DNA of 64,000 nt from the human T2T-CHM13v2.0 reference genome, Homo sapiens, in NCBI RefSeq assembly GCF_009914755.1, contig NC_060929.1. One strand, 5' to 3'. A program made the translations under genes and the position numbers. Within the stretch, counting starts at the first letter, position 1, and every line of letters starts with the position of its first letter. Below, piece after piece: positions 14,259 through 29,554 of the stretch. The notes under the pieces are model-generated. The model had not been told where the DNA came from. It was given only the letters and a program-made list of their open reading frames with translations, and searched no databases.

Positions 14259-15174
14259 TCTTTCTGTTATGGCAGTACGTTCTATTTTAAAAAATTAATA
14301 TTATCAGAATAATACAATTTCTAAGCCATAGAAATTCAAATCTAAAATAGATTACTGAATCTCAAGAGAGGGGAAATATATTTTTAATTAAGAGATTTTT
14401 TAGCTCATTTCTTCGTAATATTACTTTGGCTATATTATGTCAATCAGTCATTACCTAAGTAGTTAAATGGGCTCTGTAAACAAAAAGTGAATCTATTTTA
14501 ATTTTGCCCTTAAATATTTGATAGAATGGCAATAGATAAAATAATTGTCCGGGTTTCTATATTCTAATTGTATATGTGAGCTTACATATGAATAATTCTC
14601 ATTGCTTTTTTTCCAAATTATTTACTTAAAATATCAATAAATAGCTCTCTCTTCTCTGCCCACCCAGCACACATTTATTGGGATGATTATAGTTTTTGAG
14701 CTAGAAGTGCCTGAAGTATCTTGATTCCCCACTCTATTGAAGGTTCCTGATCTAAAGCCAGCTAATACTACTTGAAATGAATGTCTCTCTATTTTGTGTC
14801 TCCCTGGCCCTCGGTTTTTCATAGATTTTATTTCAATCCACACAGGGCTACTACTAGAACACCACTGGATGAGTTAGAAAACAGACTGTACTCCCTGGGT
14901 ATCTAAATTAAGAAGAGAAAATAGGCTTGCATGGCTTCATTTTCAAGGGAACACAGTTTGGAAAACAGAAAAAAGGGGAGTAATTCACCAGCACTTGAAC
15001 CATGCTCTTTGGGCAGTGCAAACATTTCAGAGCTCTCAATTCAAATTCCTATTAATAGATATGTCATATAATTTACCATTTCACTGGATTATAAATGTAT
15101 TCATTGTTGAGCTTACATTTTGTCAAGTTTTATATAGTTTTTAGTACCCAGAAAAGATAGTTTGAATAAAAGCA

Positions 15175-15290
15175 TGTTAGAATGTAAGCCTAATGAGGGC
15201 AGGGACTTTGTCTCATCCTCTACCATGTGTTTAGTGCCTAGAATAATGTCTGGAACAAAGAAATACTCAATAGATCATTTAAATGAAAAA
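15175..15290 (+). mobile_element. L2 3' end
   Basis: tagaatgtaagc...gagggcagggactttgtc...cctagaataatgtctggaaca...actcaata. Confidence 0.7.
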
Positions 15291-17332
15291 ATACATAATA
15301 TACACTTAATTCATAGCTAAGAAGCTACGTACAAGAAAGTCAAGTGACTTGCATAAAATCAGCAGATTTAGGGGTTGAGGTAATTCCGATATGTATGTCT
15401 TTAAATTTAATTCTGCAAATTTCGCCCCCTATGTTTCTGTACAAACGAGTTAGGATAGGCTATGTTATGTGTGAGCTTCAAATTAAGACATGCTTCTGGA
15501 ACTCAAAAAAAAAAAAAAAAAAAAAAGGGTTGAGGGCATTATAGCAGCTTTTCAATGCTTATACCTATAAGTGAAATATACTGCTATTCATAGGCCATTA
15601 ATTATTAATTAATAGCACAGACAGGTACCCATCTAACTGAAAGGCAGCTAGAAAATATGGAAAGCACGTGGCTATTTGGTTGTTAGTAAGTGTCCCTGTC
15701 ACATTGTTTCAAATAAAAGTAAAATAGAGTAACCTAGATTTTCCAGTGGAATCCCTTATTCTCTCCATATAGATTTTACTAATTAGACCATTACAGACAT
15801 TTTTTATATCAGTTTTTTTCTCTGATATTGCTAGATTGGTTTACGCATCTTAACTTTTTGGAAATTAATATATCTATAGATATGTAGAGAATTAGAGGCT
15901 TATTAATTTTGACTTCAGCAATTTAGAGTATGTCCACGAGTTCTAAATTCAGTAATTTAGAGTATGGTCAAGTGATTGATTACTTATCTTTGAAAAAAAT
16001 AACTTGAGATGCACAAATCATTAAAACAAAAACTGTATAAGGAAGACCACTTAAATAGATAACTGAATAATTAGTTTGCACATATTTTAAAAAATGCTGA
16101 TAATTACCATTTTGATTATAAACAATATTTTAGTTAGCAACACATGCAGAGTTGGTATAGGAGTTGTCTAGGATGCAGATACATGAAAGACCAATTGTCT
16201 GCACTGTAGAATAGCACTTATCAAAATTAAATAATGCACAGATTCCTTCAAATCACAACAAATGAATCATTACAATGAAATACCCTTGACTTGGGTTAAA
16301 TTATTTTGATTATAATGTTACTCAAATAAATACAAGTATAAAACTAAAACAAACATAATTTTACAAATCAAATACAAAATAATGAATCAACAAATACATC
16401 TTAATGTAAATTTACTGTGATGAGTAATGCTGTTTTGCTAAAACCAAGTAGGTGCATAAAATGTAAATGTAGTGCTGTAATGCCAGGTTTTGTAGATTGT
16501 GTGATTTTATACAGTATTCTACAACTGAGTGCTATGGAATGACTAATTGACTTATCCAAGTTTTTCTTCATTTTGACTACGGTGAAACGTGTACAGGATT
16601 TAATATGTTATTAATCTTTCAATTGGTATAAATGCATCATTTATTTGTTATGCTCAAAAACCAGAATTATTTGATGTAACTCCTCATGACACAACCTGCT
16701 CCAACTACAAAAGCATATCCAGATTCCATATGTATGACATTCAGATAATCCTAAATTCATAACATGCTATGTTAAAACCTTCAAAATGATTACTAACATG
16801 TAATCATATATTTATAAGATTGCTAGTAGAAAACATGGACTCCCTGACAGTAAACCTATAGACTTTTAAAGAAAGATTGCTCTAGGAATGTACTGTTTAG
16901 CTGAAAATCCTTCTTTATCTGTTCTATAAAGTCATTCCCTAGGTTACATCCGATATTTGAGATTCAGTTCAAAATTAATACGCAAGTTAACGTGCATCAT
17001 TTATTTTCTTATATTCTTAAAATGAATATTTCATACTTGTAATTTTAACAAAAACCCATTACTCCCAATCTTGTTTATAATGATTTAATATAATTTTAGT
17101 GTTGTACACCTAAACACATAGCCACAAAATGTCATGGGAATAAAACTAATCTTATTAGAAAGTAATTATCTGCTATATCCAAGATTTTCATTCAGATAGA
17201 ATTATATAATTCAGACTTATTTCTTGAATGAAACAAAAACAAATAATATAAATACAAAGCAAAGTTACTTCCTGTTCACGTTGTGTTTTGCAAGTCAGTA
17301 TCTCCTTCCTAGTCAATTTAAGTAGCCTGCAC

Positions 17333-17718
17333 TTTTAGTCCGCTTTCCGTTGTTACAACAAAATACCACAGACTGGGTAATTTATAATGAACAGAAATTT
17401 ATTTAGCTCACAGTCCTGGAGGCTGGGATATCCAAGATCTTTTAAAGTTTCATGTGGTGAGGGCCTTTCGGCTGTCCCCTACCACGGCATAAGGATAGAA
17501 GGGTGAAAGGGCCAGCAATCACATGTGAAAGAGAGCTGGAGATAGCCAAACTTATATTTATAACTAACCCCCTTCTCCAATAACAATATTAACCTGTTCA
17601 TGAGGTCAGTCTGCTCTTTATGTAATCACCTCTTACTAGACTTTGCATCCCAACACTTCTGCAGTGGGGATTAGGTTTTCAACACATGAAGTTAGGGGGA
17701 TACATTTAAACCATAGCA
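17333..17718 (-). mobile_element. MST-family ERVL-MaLR solo LTR
   Basis: ttagtcc...aaataccacagactgggtaatttata...gctcacagtcctggaggctgg...aaaccatagca termini. Confidence 0.8.
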
Positions 17719-18404
17719 CCTGCGACGGTTAGTGATTGACTTTTTAAAAATAATATTTAAATAAAAACTTTAATGAGGAATTTAGAAAGACTGCAAAGGA
17801 ATTCACTGAGAGAGATTGAACCTACATTTATGGAATGAAATAGTTAATATAAGAATAGATATATTAAACAAATTATCAACACTACAGTTACAGATACAGT
17901 ATAATTATAGCATTGACTTTGAGTTTCTCCTCATCTAGCTAGTGGGATACAGATAAAAGTATGGGTATAAGTGCAGATACAGTTAAGAAGGATATAAATA
18001 TATAGTAATTAATATTTAAGAATAAAAATAATTTAATGATGGAAGGATACAATGAAGAAGAATAAACATAAAGAATTTGTTAGACCCACTAATCTTTATT
18101 ATAAATAATTTAGAATCAGAGCCTAAGGTCATAGCATGTTTGTCAAGCCCAAACCCAAGAAAGACGAGTGCATTCCTGCATATATCCTGGCCTGGCTCCT
18201 TAATTTTTTGATTTCTCAACTTGATTTTGGTTTTCTACATCTCACAAAAGATCAATCTTGCCACTTTTTAGTGTCAGAGCTCAAACGTTAATTTTAATGG
18301 GATTTTCTACTGCAGTTGGAGTGCTTTAACTAACAGGTTTTGTCTCTTTATTACTACCTTCCTTAACTGTTCTTTATAATCTATGCTGCACAAAACCGTC
18401 CAAC

Positions 18405-18632
18405 ATGGTTTAGAGCAGAAATTACAGAGTCAGATATATAAGCATTCTACTCTTGGTTCTATAATCTAGCTGTGTGACATTGACTATTCATTTAACTTCT
18501 AAAAACTTTAGTTTTTCTAGCCAAAAAGTGGGGCAAAATAATGTTTACCTCATTCAGTTGCTGTGAGGACCAAATAAGATAGCATCCTTCAAAGCACAGA
18601 GTTTTGTATATAGTAAGTGTATTAAATAAATG
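18405..18632 (+). mobile_element. MIR
   Basis: ctagctgtgtgacattga...tttaacttct...tacctcattcagttgctgtgagga. Confidence 0.7.
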
Positions 18633-18849
18633 CAGGGTGCTTTTGTTCTCATATTGGATTTGCACTTCTCCATTATAACTCCTTGTGCATAAATATACTT
18701 TGCTTTTTATTATTGCAATAAATGATTTACCAAAACTCCATAACTTTAGAATGGAAAAATAGTATCTTCAAGGTCAAATGATACCATCAAGATTCTCTCT
18801 TGATTCAAAAATGGTCTTTTTTATGGTTATTTCCTTCACATCACTATTA

Positions 18850-19092
<243 letters not shown>

Positions 19093-19855
19093 TTAAATAA
19101 ACACAAGAGAAAATAAAAACCAACTTCATATGTAAATCTGCAGCCAAAAAAAAAAAAAAAGCCAAGAAGTGAATTGCAAATTCTGGAAAGATATTTTGTA
19201 TAATGTCAGGATATTAAAAAAGGTTGAAGGTTGGGCTATGTTGGAATAAACATACTACACACACACCACAAACACACACATGAACACACACATTTGAGCA
19301 CATATAGACATGTTTAAAGAAAAACAAGAATTTTTTTCAATAAATGTGTTTATCATCAGATATATTAAGTAGTATATTGCCTTATAATTATACTACCATA
19401 TGTACTTTATAGACATCCCAAAATAGTTATTTTACTATATCTATGATGACAATTGGTATTTTTCTGAAAGATACATAGGAAAAATGTAAAATAATAATTT
19501 TTTACCAAATTAAATATTGGTTGGTGCCAATGAATCATCTTTTGGCAGTAGTGCTAATGTTTTTATACTATCCTCTCAGTCAGTAGCCAGATTATAGAGC
19601 TGTTGCCTTTTCTTCTCCTGAAAAATACAATTATTACTATTTTTACCATATACTTTCCTCCTTCAAAAAGATAAGTAAAGTGACAGATCTATAATCAAGT
19701 AGACATCACAGGTTTGAAAAATGAGCCAACCAAACTACTGCTTACTTTGTTCTTTAGTTATCGAAACTACCATATAGAATATTTCTCAAAAAAACTGTCA
19801 ATGATAAGTGACTAAGTCACAACAAATTAATGTGTCAGGTACTATTCTAGGCACT

Positions 19856-20221
19856 TTCTATGGTCTGAATGTGACTCCCAAAATTCATGTGTTAGAAGCT
19901 TAATCCATATTACAACAATGTTGGGAGGTGGGGTCTAATAAAGGTGTTTAGGTCATGATTGCTTTGCTCTCATAAATAGATTAAAGAAGGCTTTCAGAAG
20001 TATGTTCCTGCCGCCTTTCCACCTTCTGCCATGTGAGGGATAGATTTGTCTTCTCTGGAGGACATAGCAGCATGGTGCCACCTTAGATACAGAAATTGAA
20101 CGTGCTGGCACCTTCATCTTGTACTCTCCAGGCTCCAGAGCAGTGAGAAATACATTTCTGTTTTTTATAAATTACCCAGTCCATAGTATTCTATTATAGC
20201 AGCACAAAATACACCAAGACA
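19856..20221 (+). mobile_element. MSTD/MLT1A-type MaLR solo LTR
   Basis: ctatggtctgaatgtg..cccaaaattcatgtgtt...ataaattacccagtc...atagcagcacaaaa...aagaca. Confidence 0.8.
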
Positions 20222-21559
20222 CCACTGGAAATACAGGACAGAAGAGAACAGACATTACATTCTGGTGTGGGGAACACAGAAAAATATAAATAACAAATAA
20301 AAGTGTATATACATACACATAAGGTGGTCAGGAGAGCTCTTTGTGATTTAGTGATATATAAGCAAATATTAATGAAATGAAGCGAGATCTAGGTAAATAT
20401 AATAAATATCAGGTCAAATATCAATGAAAGCATAGAAAAGACAAAAAGAAAAAGGAAGGAAGGAAGGAGGACAATAGGGAAGAAGATAGAAAAGGAAGAA
20501 AAGAAGACAATACATCTTAACTGTCAATGTAAATCGCCTTTTTTTTTTCAAATAGAAAACCTATGCTACAATCATTAGGAGAAAAAATCATAATCTTTGG
20601 TGTCCATGTAATTTCTACAAAAATAAGCCAACAAATCAATAGTAGAACAGTTTGAGAAAAGACAGTATTTGATTTATACCTAAGGGAAAAATGTAAAAAT
20701 CTCATAAAATTAAAGTACCATAAAATGTCACACATCAAAGAGGGCTATTCACAGTTAAACAATGTTTTATTAAGTAAAAATGTAATTAAAATGTAATGCA
20801 GGAAGAAAATATGGGAACTTATACAAAAAGAACAAATATTTGTGAACACATATGTGTGTATATATAAAATATATATAGAGAGATTTATAGATATATCAAC
20901 CAAAATATTCCCTGTTCTTTTAATTCTTTTGTGAGTGTTGAGTGTTGCATTATATAGATCAAAACATATCTTCTTAAAATTAAATAGGAATATACATAGC
21001 TATTTAAATCAAATTTATACTTTATAGTTTTTTAAATATTTACATAACTTTCAGAGGTAAATTTAAAGCCTACCTTTTCCCCGAAGTTTTCCTTATTTTC
21101 CTTAGCAAAAAGTAGTATCTGAAACTTCATTTGGCTTCATACATATTTAATCTATATCTATGCTGATGTATCTGCCTTTGCATGTTTTACAATCCCTAAA
21201 AGTGTATGTCTTGAACCTAGTGAAAGCTAAAAAATGTTGATGAAATAAGGCGTTATTCTAAGCCACAGGCATTTTTGAAAGAATGCTGTACTGTGGTAAT
21301 ATTTTATGATTGTATCTTTGAAATAAGATATGCCTCAGTATACACAGAATAAAATATATAAAAGTAGATGTTGTAACATATACATACTCAGGAACATAGT
21401 CAATTAGTAAAATTTAGTTGTAACCACCCTCCACAAACATAACATCTGATTTTATATTCATAGAAGCAAAATCAAGTTGTCTGTAAACATTTATAGAGAA
21501 GAAATCAGATCATTGTAACATAATTACTTAAAAGGTTTTGGCACAACGTTGAAAAGTCA

Positions 21560-21790
<231 letters not shown>

Positions 21791-24700
21791 TAGAAAAATC
21801 AAGCATACTACTGATAGTAGGCATTGATGTTGTGTAGCGTAAGCATTGATTTAATAAAAATATGGGAATAACTTGCAGAAATAGAAACAGATTACATTTC
21901 TTTATTTTTACAATAAGGTTGACACTCCACTTTATGAATATTAAAGCCAACTATGTCTCATGAGCAACAGAGATAGCATGAATATATAAATGTATGTATT
22001 AAAGAACATCGATGTTGCCAGAAGTTTTTATTTATTGTTCTTTTGCATATTTTAGCAAAGCTACTTTAAAACAAGGTAGCAAAATTTACAAATGATGGGT
22101 AGCTTCTACTCTGCTTCTCATCTCTTGTTATATTAATAGATTTGTTGAAAGACAAAGAAAATACCCAAGGACTGAAAACCATATGCCAAAGGAGTTCAGC
22201 TGCAAAATATGAAGTAATATTGATAATAAATTACAGTTAAATTTATAGCTATGTGAGTGGAGATATTTAATTGTGGATACTGAACATAAATAGAAGCCTT
22301 TGAGATAAAGGCTACCTGGATTTGGTTTAAAAACAATTGTGCAACACTTTTAAAAATCATAACTATTTCCATAAACTTTTTGTATTTTTATGGTACAGGC
22401 TTTACTTTTCAGTTACTCCTTATTGTTTGTATTTTGATGAAATTCAGTATGGTAGGTTAGATTATTTCAGAAAACACAAACATTATGACAAATCAACATA
22501 ATCCATCAAAATTTTATAAATGGAAACAAATACCCATCTTTACATCTGTAACTACTCATTTTTCTAGAATTTACAAGAAATAGATTCAGAATGTGAGTCC
22601 TTTCTTTAGCAGTTTATTGTACTCTCTAACTGGCTGCTAATATAGTTTCTACTTATATTTTACCTAGTCTAGAATAGCAAAACCCACTTGGGAGCAGACC
22701 TACATTGTAGAACTAAGTTTTGTTATAATTGTTAAGGAATTACTGCATTAATAAATACAATTAAATTTGAGTAAGTACTTATAAACACAATAACTTCAGA
22801 TATTTAGAATCACTTTTTGTATAATTCACCAAAAGAATGGTGTGTTTTTGAAGTAACAAGGTAAACTTGTATTGAAAAATTATCCAAAAAATGTAAAGAA
22901 AACCAAAAAAAATACATTTGGTTTTAGAAATGATATCTTTGTAGGAAAATATCTATAATTCTTAAAATACACACACTGAAGTACTCAGAGGTAAAATGAC
23001 AGGGCATCTGTGATTTTGCTTTTATAAAATAACCAAAATCTGTCTTTAATTAAATGTTTTTCAGTTTGATATATTTCTATGAGCATTAATTCTTTCTTTA
23101 AACAATCTTTTTGACATAGTAATTATAGTGAGCAAAAAGATTTTTTTCGTGGGAATATACACACTGTTCTGAATTCTTTTTAAAAGAAAGTTGGCAGTTC
23201 TAATTTTAAGGGCAACAGACCACATATTTTGATATTCAGACAGCTATACACACAACTTATTATATAGCATTAAGAATTTTACTTTTCTGTAAGCTACTTT
23301 TTATTTTGGTTTTAAATTTGGAAAACCTACAGAAACATCCTTTTGATATTATTCCCTCTGATATTTCTTGGTCACTGAATACATAAATAGAAACTCTACT
23401 AACAATTTCATCAATAATTTCTCATTAAAAGTTATATAATACAACATAATAAAAAAGCTTTCTACTGATAAAGTCGGAAAAAGTCATCATGAACTTAGTT
23501 TTTTTGTTGTTGTTTAGTAACAGAATTTACATTTATATCTTAATATTTCCTGAGAAAATCATTTAAGATGTCTTGTGGATAAAGACTGCGTTTTGTTGGG
23601 AAATAGTGTTAAATTGCAGAATATAAACTTCTGGAAAAACCAGGAAGCTTATCACATTTCAGCCCAATTATTTGAGGCAACTAATAACTATCTGAAAATA
23701 TTACAAAATCTACAAATTATAAGTATACAGGCAGTGGCCATCATTCAATTATCAGGCTTTAGAGTGGAGTATGGAATGGTCTAGAGAACTAGCATCGATT
23801 CTTGGTAGATCTGACTGGGTTTTTCTTGCATTTTCTACTTCCTTTTGGGAAATTAGATTCTTTTCATGGGCTCTCAAGAGATAAAGATAAAATAATATGC
23901 TAAGTTATTCAATTCCTTTAAGAAAACCCTATTATCTCTAAAATGTTCTCTAGAGAGACAGGACCACTAATTTCATAGAGGAAGTTAATGGGGATATAAC
24001 ATCAATGATAACACTTTAGAAACACTTTTTGTTTTGCTACTATGCATTTTCATGAACTATTATAAGATTATGCCTAGATTCAAGCCTATCTGCTACCAAA
24101 TAGTCATTCCCAATTCCATAATGTTAGGTAGTGCTAGTGCTGGCTTCATACAGTAACTCTACTATCTTTAGAGTACTCAGTAAGAACTCACATAATTAAT
24201 TTTATAAACAGTCTCCCTTATGGACATTAATATTATGTGTTCAAAATTGACATCACTTTTGGAGCTATCCCAAAATTTAACTTTGGAGAAGGTACAAGCA
24301 AGTTGGGTATTTTTACACTGGTTAATAGCAGAGGCAAATTTCAACTAGTCAAACCCATATATCTTCATCTTTATTTATCTAACTGATAAAAGAGCATATG
24401 TAAAGTATATAATATTACTTGTGATGAATACGTGAATGTGTGCATTATCTCGGCCCGATCTGATTGTCTTTTGAACCCTTATAACTAAGATACTCTGGCA
24501 GGCATAATCATTACATACGATCTGAATACTGAGATTAATAGCCCTGTTAAAACTACTCAAGAAAGATTTGGAATGAGAAGCCTACTTCCTTACGGAGCTC
24601 ACACATCTGTAGATAGTCAGGTTAACCAAAGAAGGAAGCATCTGATCTAATTTATGCACAGCCACAACTTATTATTAATAAGGGCAGCTTGTAGGATAAA

Positions 24701-25213
24701 TCTAAGTGTGACTTTATTCACCTTACTAATCAAGTGGCTAACACTATTGATCAATATTTTTAGTTTTTCTTCATCTATAAGGTGGACATTCTTAAGTAAT
24801 AAATTTCCATATAAATCAATTGTCTTGGTGCTATTGCATGAAAACTTGACTTCATGTAAAATGGCACCATGAATGACCCTCAGTAAATTGTTACTAAATG
24901 AATGAATGAGAGAGTTGAAGGGGTTTAATAATAATAACATAAATAACCTTTTATGGTGTACCACTTTGCTTCTGTATCTTAAACAAGGGAATTAAAACAA
25001 ACAAAAAAATCAAAAACTTCACTATTATTTTCCATCTTCTAAGTAACCTGACTTGAAACCTAACCTCAGGTTAGGGTAACAGGGTAAGAGGGCTCAGGGT
25101 TGGGGTAACAGAAAGAAAGGCTCTCTTCCCCGACTAGCAATACACTTTTAAGTTACTTTCAAGTGGTATTTACAGGAGTCAACTGAAAAAAATGTAATTA
25201 AAGTAAGTTTTTC

Positions 25214-25546
<333 letters not shown>

Positions 25547-28500
25547 CTACAAACAATGTCTTCAGGAGACACGGTGCTTTACATTTGTCCAGCTCAGGAC
25601 ATTGTGCTGTTCATGTGACCTTAATAAGAAGAAAGATCTGGTCACAAATTCTCATTGAACTTTTTTTATATTATAGGTTTAGAATTTTATTTAGTTGGAG
25701 TCCAATAACTCCAGACAGGATAAATAATTAACTTTCTAAAACTGAAAAATGCTCTAGGATATTTTAAGTCAGAATCCCAAATTCTACCTTAATATTTGCG
25801 AATCGTTCATCATAAATGTGATTTTTTGTGATATTTTCCCAGGAGCAATGTTTATTTCATCTTGTTTTTAAAAGGTCTTTCTAAACTGCACTATACAACA
25901 GATATCCATAAATTGGCTTAATTCTTTTAAAATGCTTCCATATTCTTTCCTGATGAACTGGATTCATCGGTCTTTCAATCTAATAGCTTGTATATAAAAC
26001 GAATGACCTTAATCTATGCTTAATTATTTGTTCTATTTTGTCTTCCTTAACCAAAAAACTATCAAAAATAATTGAAGACTCTTTATATTGTGCATTAAAC
26101 TGCTTTTAGTCGTTGACTTTACATACTGGGATAATTTCTGAGCTAGTTTGTGTGATCTCAATATTGATTCAAGACTTCTTAATACACCTTCGTAAGTATC
26201 AAAATAAGATTAAGAAAATGGGCCAAAAATGCCTGTCTTGACAGAGAACATTGTATTTTAAAAGGTGTAAAACAAGGTTAGATTCTTCTGTTTCTCTTTA
26301 TATTTCGGCACCTGCACGATTTGTTATATTTTTTAGATGGAGTGTATACATACCATCCTGACACAAAATTAAAAAAACAGCTACTCAGATTCAGTTGTAC
26401 TGTTAACATATATTCAGGGCTCAATATGTAATAGTCCTAATCAATGGTAAAATAAATATTTTAAAAGCCCTATTATACCTCTGTGATTCTTGCCCTGAAA
26501 GTCATTCAGGTCATCTTTCCATGCTTTAGGTACAAAGTGTAGAAGGTTTTACTTCATATGAGAGAATAACACTCTTCATAGTAATCTCTTTTAACACTGA
26601 CCAATGACTGCAGTCATTGGATGAATCTTATCAGTCCCCTTTTTAACTAGGATTTTATTTGGACTGAGAATACCTTAACATTCAGAAGGTCAACCATCTG
26701 AACATTTCAAAACTATCATCTTCTGTCCATAGTCCAAAAGCAATAATCCACTCTTCAGCCTCCTCCAAGTATTGTCCCATACTCATGCTCTTGAGTGCTT
26801 TTTACCTGGATTCTTCTTTCCACTATTCCTTCCAAAATTCCTCCTACATAATCAATTAATTATCAAATACCCTCAGCCACCTCACGAAATGCTTTCTCTA
26901 CTTCTCTGCTTTTCCTGAGACTTAAGACTCTCCCCACCACCTTCCCCTCCCCAAAGACGCAACTTCTCTGGTAGCTTTCTCAAAGTTTGTTCACTTCTTT
27001 CAAACCCCAATGTCTTAGGTTCTGATGTGAGTGCCCTTATTTCCTCACTGCCCTCTGACAACGTCACACGTTATTTGTCCAGCTATATAAAAAATTATTT
27101 TCTTAATGTTCATTCTATTTGCCTACACTACCCATAATTTTGCTCATTTCTGGCATCAAACAACCTCCCAATGTTCACGTGCCACACATCTCCATTTATT
27201 AAGGGCTCTGTCCTTTTCCACTGCATTTTCTCTGAAAAAAAAATGTCAACTTCTGATTAATCAAAACAGCCACCTTGTATACCTAAACTTTGGAAGATTA
27301 CTGGAGAGCAAACTGTGTAGCTTGTACTACTTAATTTTTTTTAAAGGATAGCAACCTTAGTTGAGGCCCTCAGCAATGGTCTATCCATTTCCCTATTCCT
27401 AACAACAACCCATTCTCTCTTTCTACTTCCCCAAAGCCCATGACTATCTTCTTCAGTTTCAGCTTAAAGTTTTATATTTTCAAAAGGAATACTCTTATAG
27501 TTGAATTCCCTCAACTTTGGGGGCTAGATTAACCCCCAAAGATTTAAAAACAATAAAATCTCTCAATTCCTAAAAAACATTTTAATTGAAAAAGAATCTT
27601 CACTTCCTAGGTATTTTCCTAATTCTTTTTTTCCCTCTTTTTAGTCTTCTCTGTTTAGCTTCTCAAACACAACTCATCGGAACTTTGAGACACAGAGAGA
27701 GCTGGCCTGCCTTACAGGGTAAAACAAATTTCTTCTCATGGCTATATGTACACATTTCCAGGAGGCACAAAGCAAAATTTGATTTCCAGAAGGACAGATG
27801 TTTCATAGCTACTCTGGGCCTCTGATTCTCAAACCAACCCATATATGAGGAAAATGTGAAGATACTTCAGGCTGACTTTATTTCCCAAATGGTGTATCAA
27901 AACTTAAGAAGTCTTTCTTCTGAGAAATCTTTTTGAAGTGGCACAGATATGATGATACCTTTGAAACATTAGAGAAATATATGTCTCATTACATGACTGC
28001 AGTGAAGAAAATAGTACTTTTCATAACAACGATATGCTCATATAAGTAGTTATAGAACAGAATGTATTCTTTATCAATCATGAGTTGTAAAATAAAGTAT
28101 AGGTGTATATGTTATTTTAATCCAGGTGTTCCTTTAATAAACATATACATGTTTGCATAAAATAAAAAGAAAGCAATTTTAGACATTTCAGTTATTTTTT
28201 AGAAACCTGTTATGTTTCTTAACTACCTTTTCAACTATATTTTACCTTGGCTATTACTCAGAATTTCTATATATGTTTCATTTTATTTGCTGCTATGTGA
28301 TATACCATCCATTTCTATGCATACATATTTTTTGCATAGAATTTTAATTTCATCTATCTAAAACATTTATGAAAAGTGTGTTTTTTATGGAAACTTGTTA
28401 TTTAGCTTTAACAGTCTGAGAATAATCAGAGATAATGTATTACTAAGAGAAATATCAACAAATGGGAAACTTAAGATATGAATCCTTTGAACATTTTTGG

Positions 28501-29523
28501 TAGGAAACAATGACAGGAAATAGGTATAATGTAAACTGTAAAAGTACAAACTTTGAAATCTGTCAAGCACAATGCCTGGTGGCACAGAGCTCGTGCTCAA
28601 CAAATGTTTTTCCTCCTATAGAAGTTATTCAACTAACAAATCAATTTGTATAAAGGGGTCAGTACTAATAAATATCTAACTGAGCTGAACTGTTTCTATT
28701 AATTTTATTCATTTTTCTTCAAATTTCAAGTCAATACCAGCTGACAACTTGGAATAGGTCAAAAAACAAAAATGTTTTGATAGGTGACACTTTGGTATAG
28801 TTATATTTTAATATTATAGAGTCATATTTAAAATATCACCTATTTTAATATGATAGGTTATTTTTTAACTGAATCTACCCAAATCTTTATAATTCTTAAG
28901 TTCCTTAGGAAAAGAAATACATCTTTTCAACTTTCATGATGACCATGTGACAGGTCAGAACATTTATTAATTGTACCATGCCCAGGAAAAACGAAAGAGC
29001 AAGCATAACCTCATATGCTTAATTTATTTTAAAAAGCAGCTTAAGTGATGGGAAAATCTAATTATGAATGAATATTGGAAATGACCCTACTAAGAAGAAA
29101 TTTCAATGGATTAATACTCTAAAAAACAGACTAAAATTAAACAATTTAAGATCATTGTCTATTCCTCTATTAAAAATTTCAAATGGCTGCAAATGTAGAC
29201 GATATTTACAAATTGTGCAACCACTGACATATTTAAATGAGGCGAAAACCACATATCTTATGATGGATCTTTGAACCTCATTTTAATGATGTTTGTCTGA
29301 AGATTATTTGATGTTTACTATACACACTTAATTTCCAGATGTAAGTCAGCACTAATATATTGATTTGATTAAATATCACTATTATTTTCTGAAGTTTTTT
29401 TCTAAAATTTATCCTGAGAATTCAAAATAAAATACCAATTTTTAAATTAAAAAGGCAGTGTTCTTTTCATTGTGTAGTTCTTACACATTAAAAAGAATAA
29501 TTAAAAATCCTAATTATAAAGGA

Positions 29524-29554
29524 GTGTGTGTGTGTGTGTGTGTGTGTTTGTGTG
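29524..29554 (+). repeat. (TG)n microsatellite
   Basis: directly visible. Confidence 0.95.

Noticed and set aside
25059-25105. Interstitial telomeric repeat
   Set aside because: Only one exact TTAGGG; no array.
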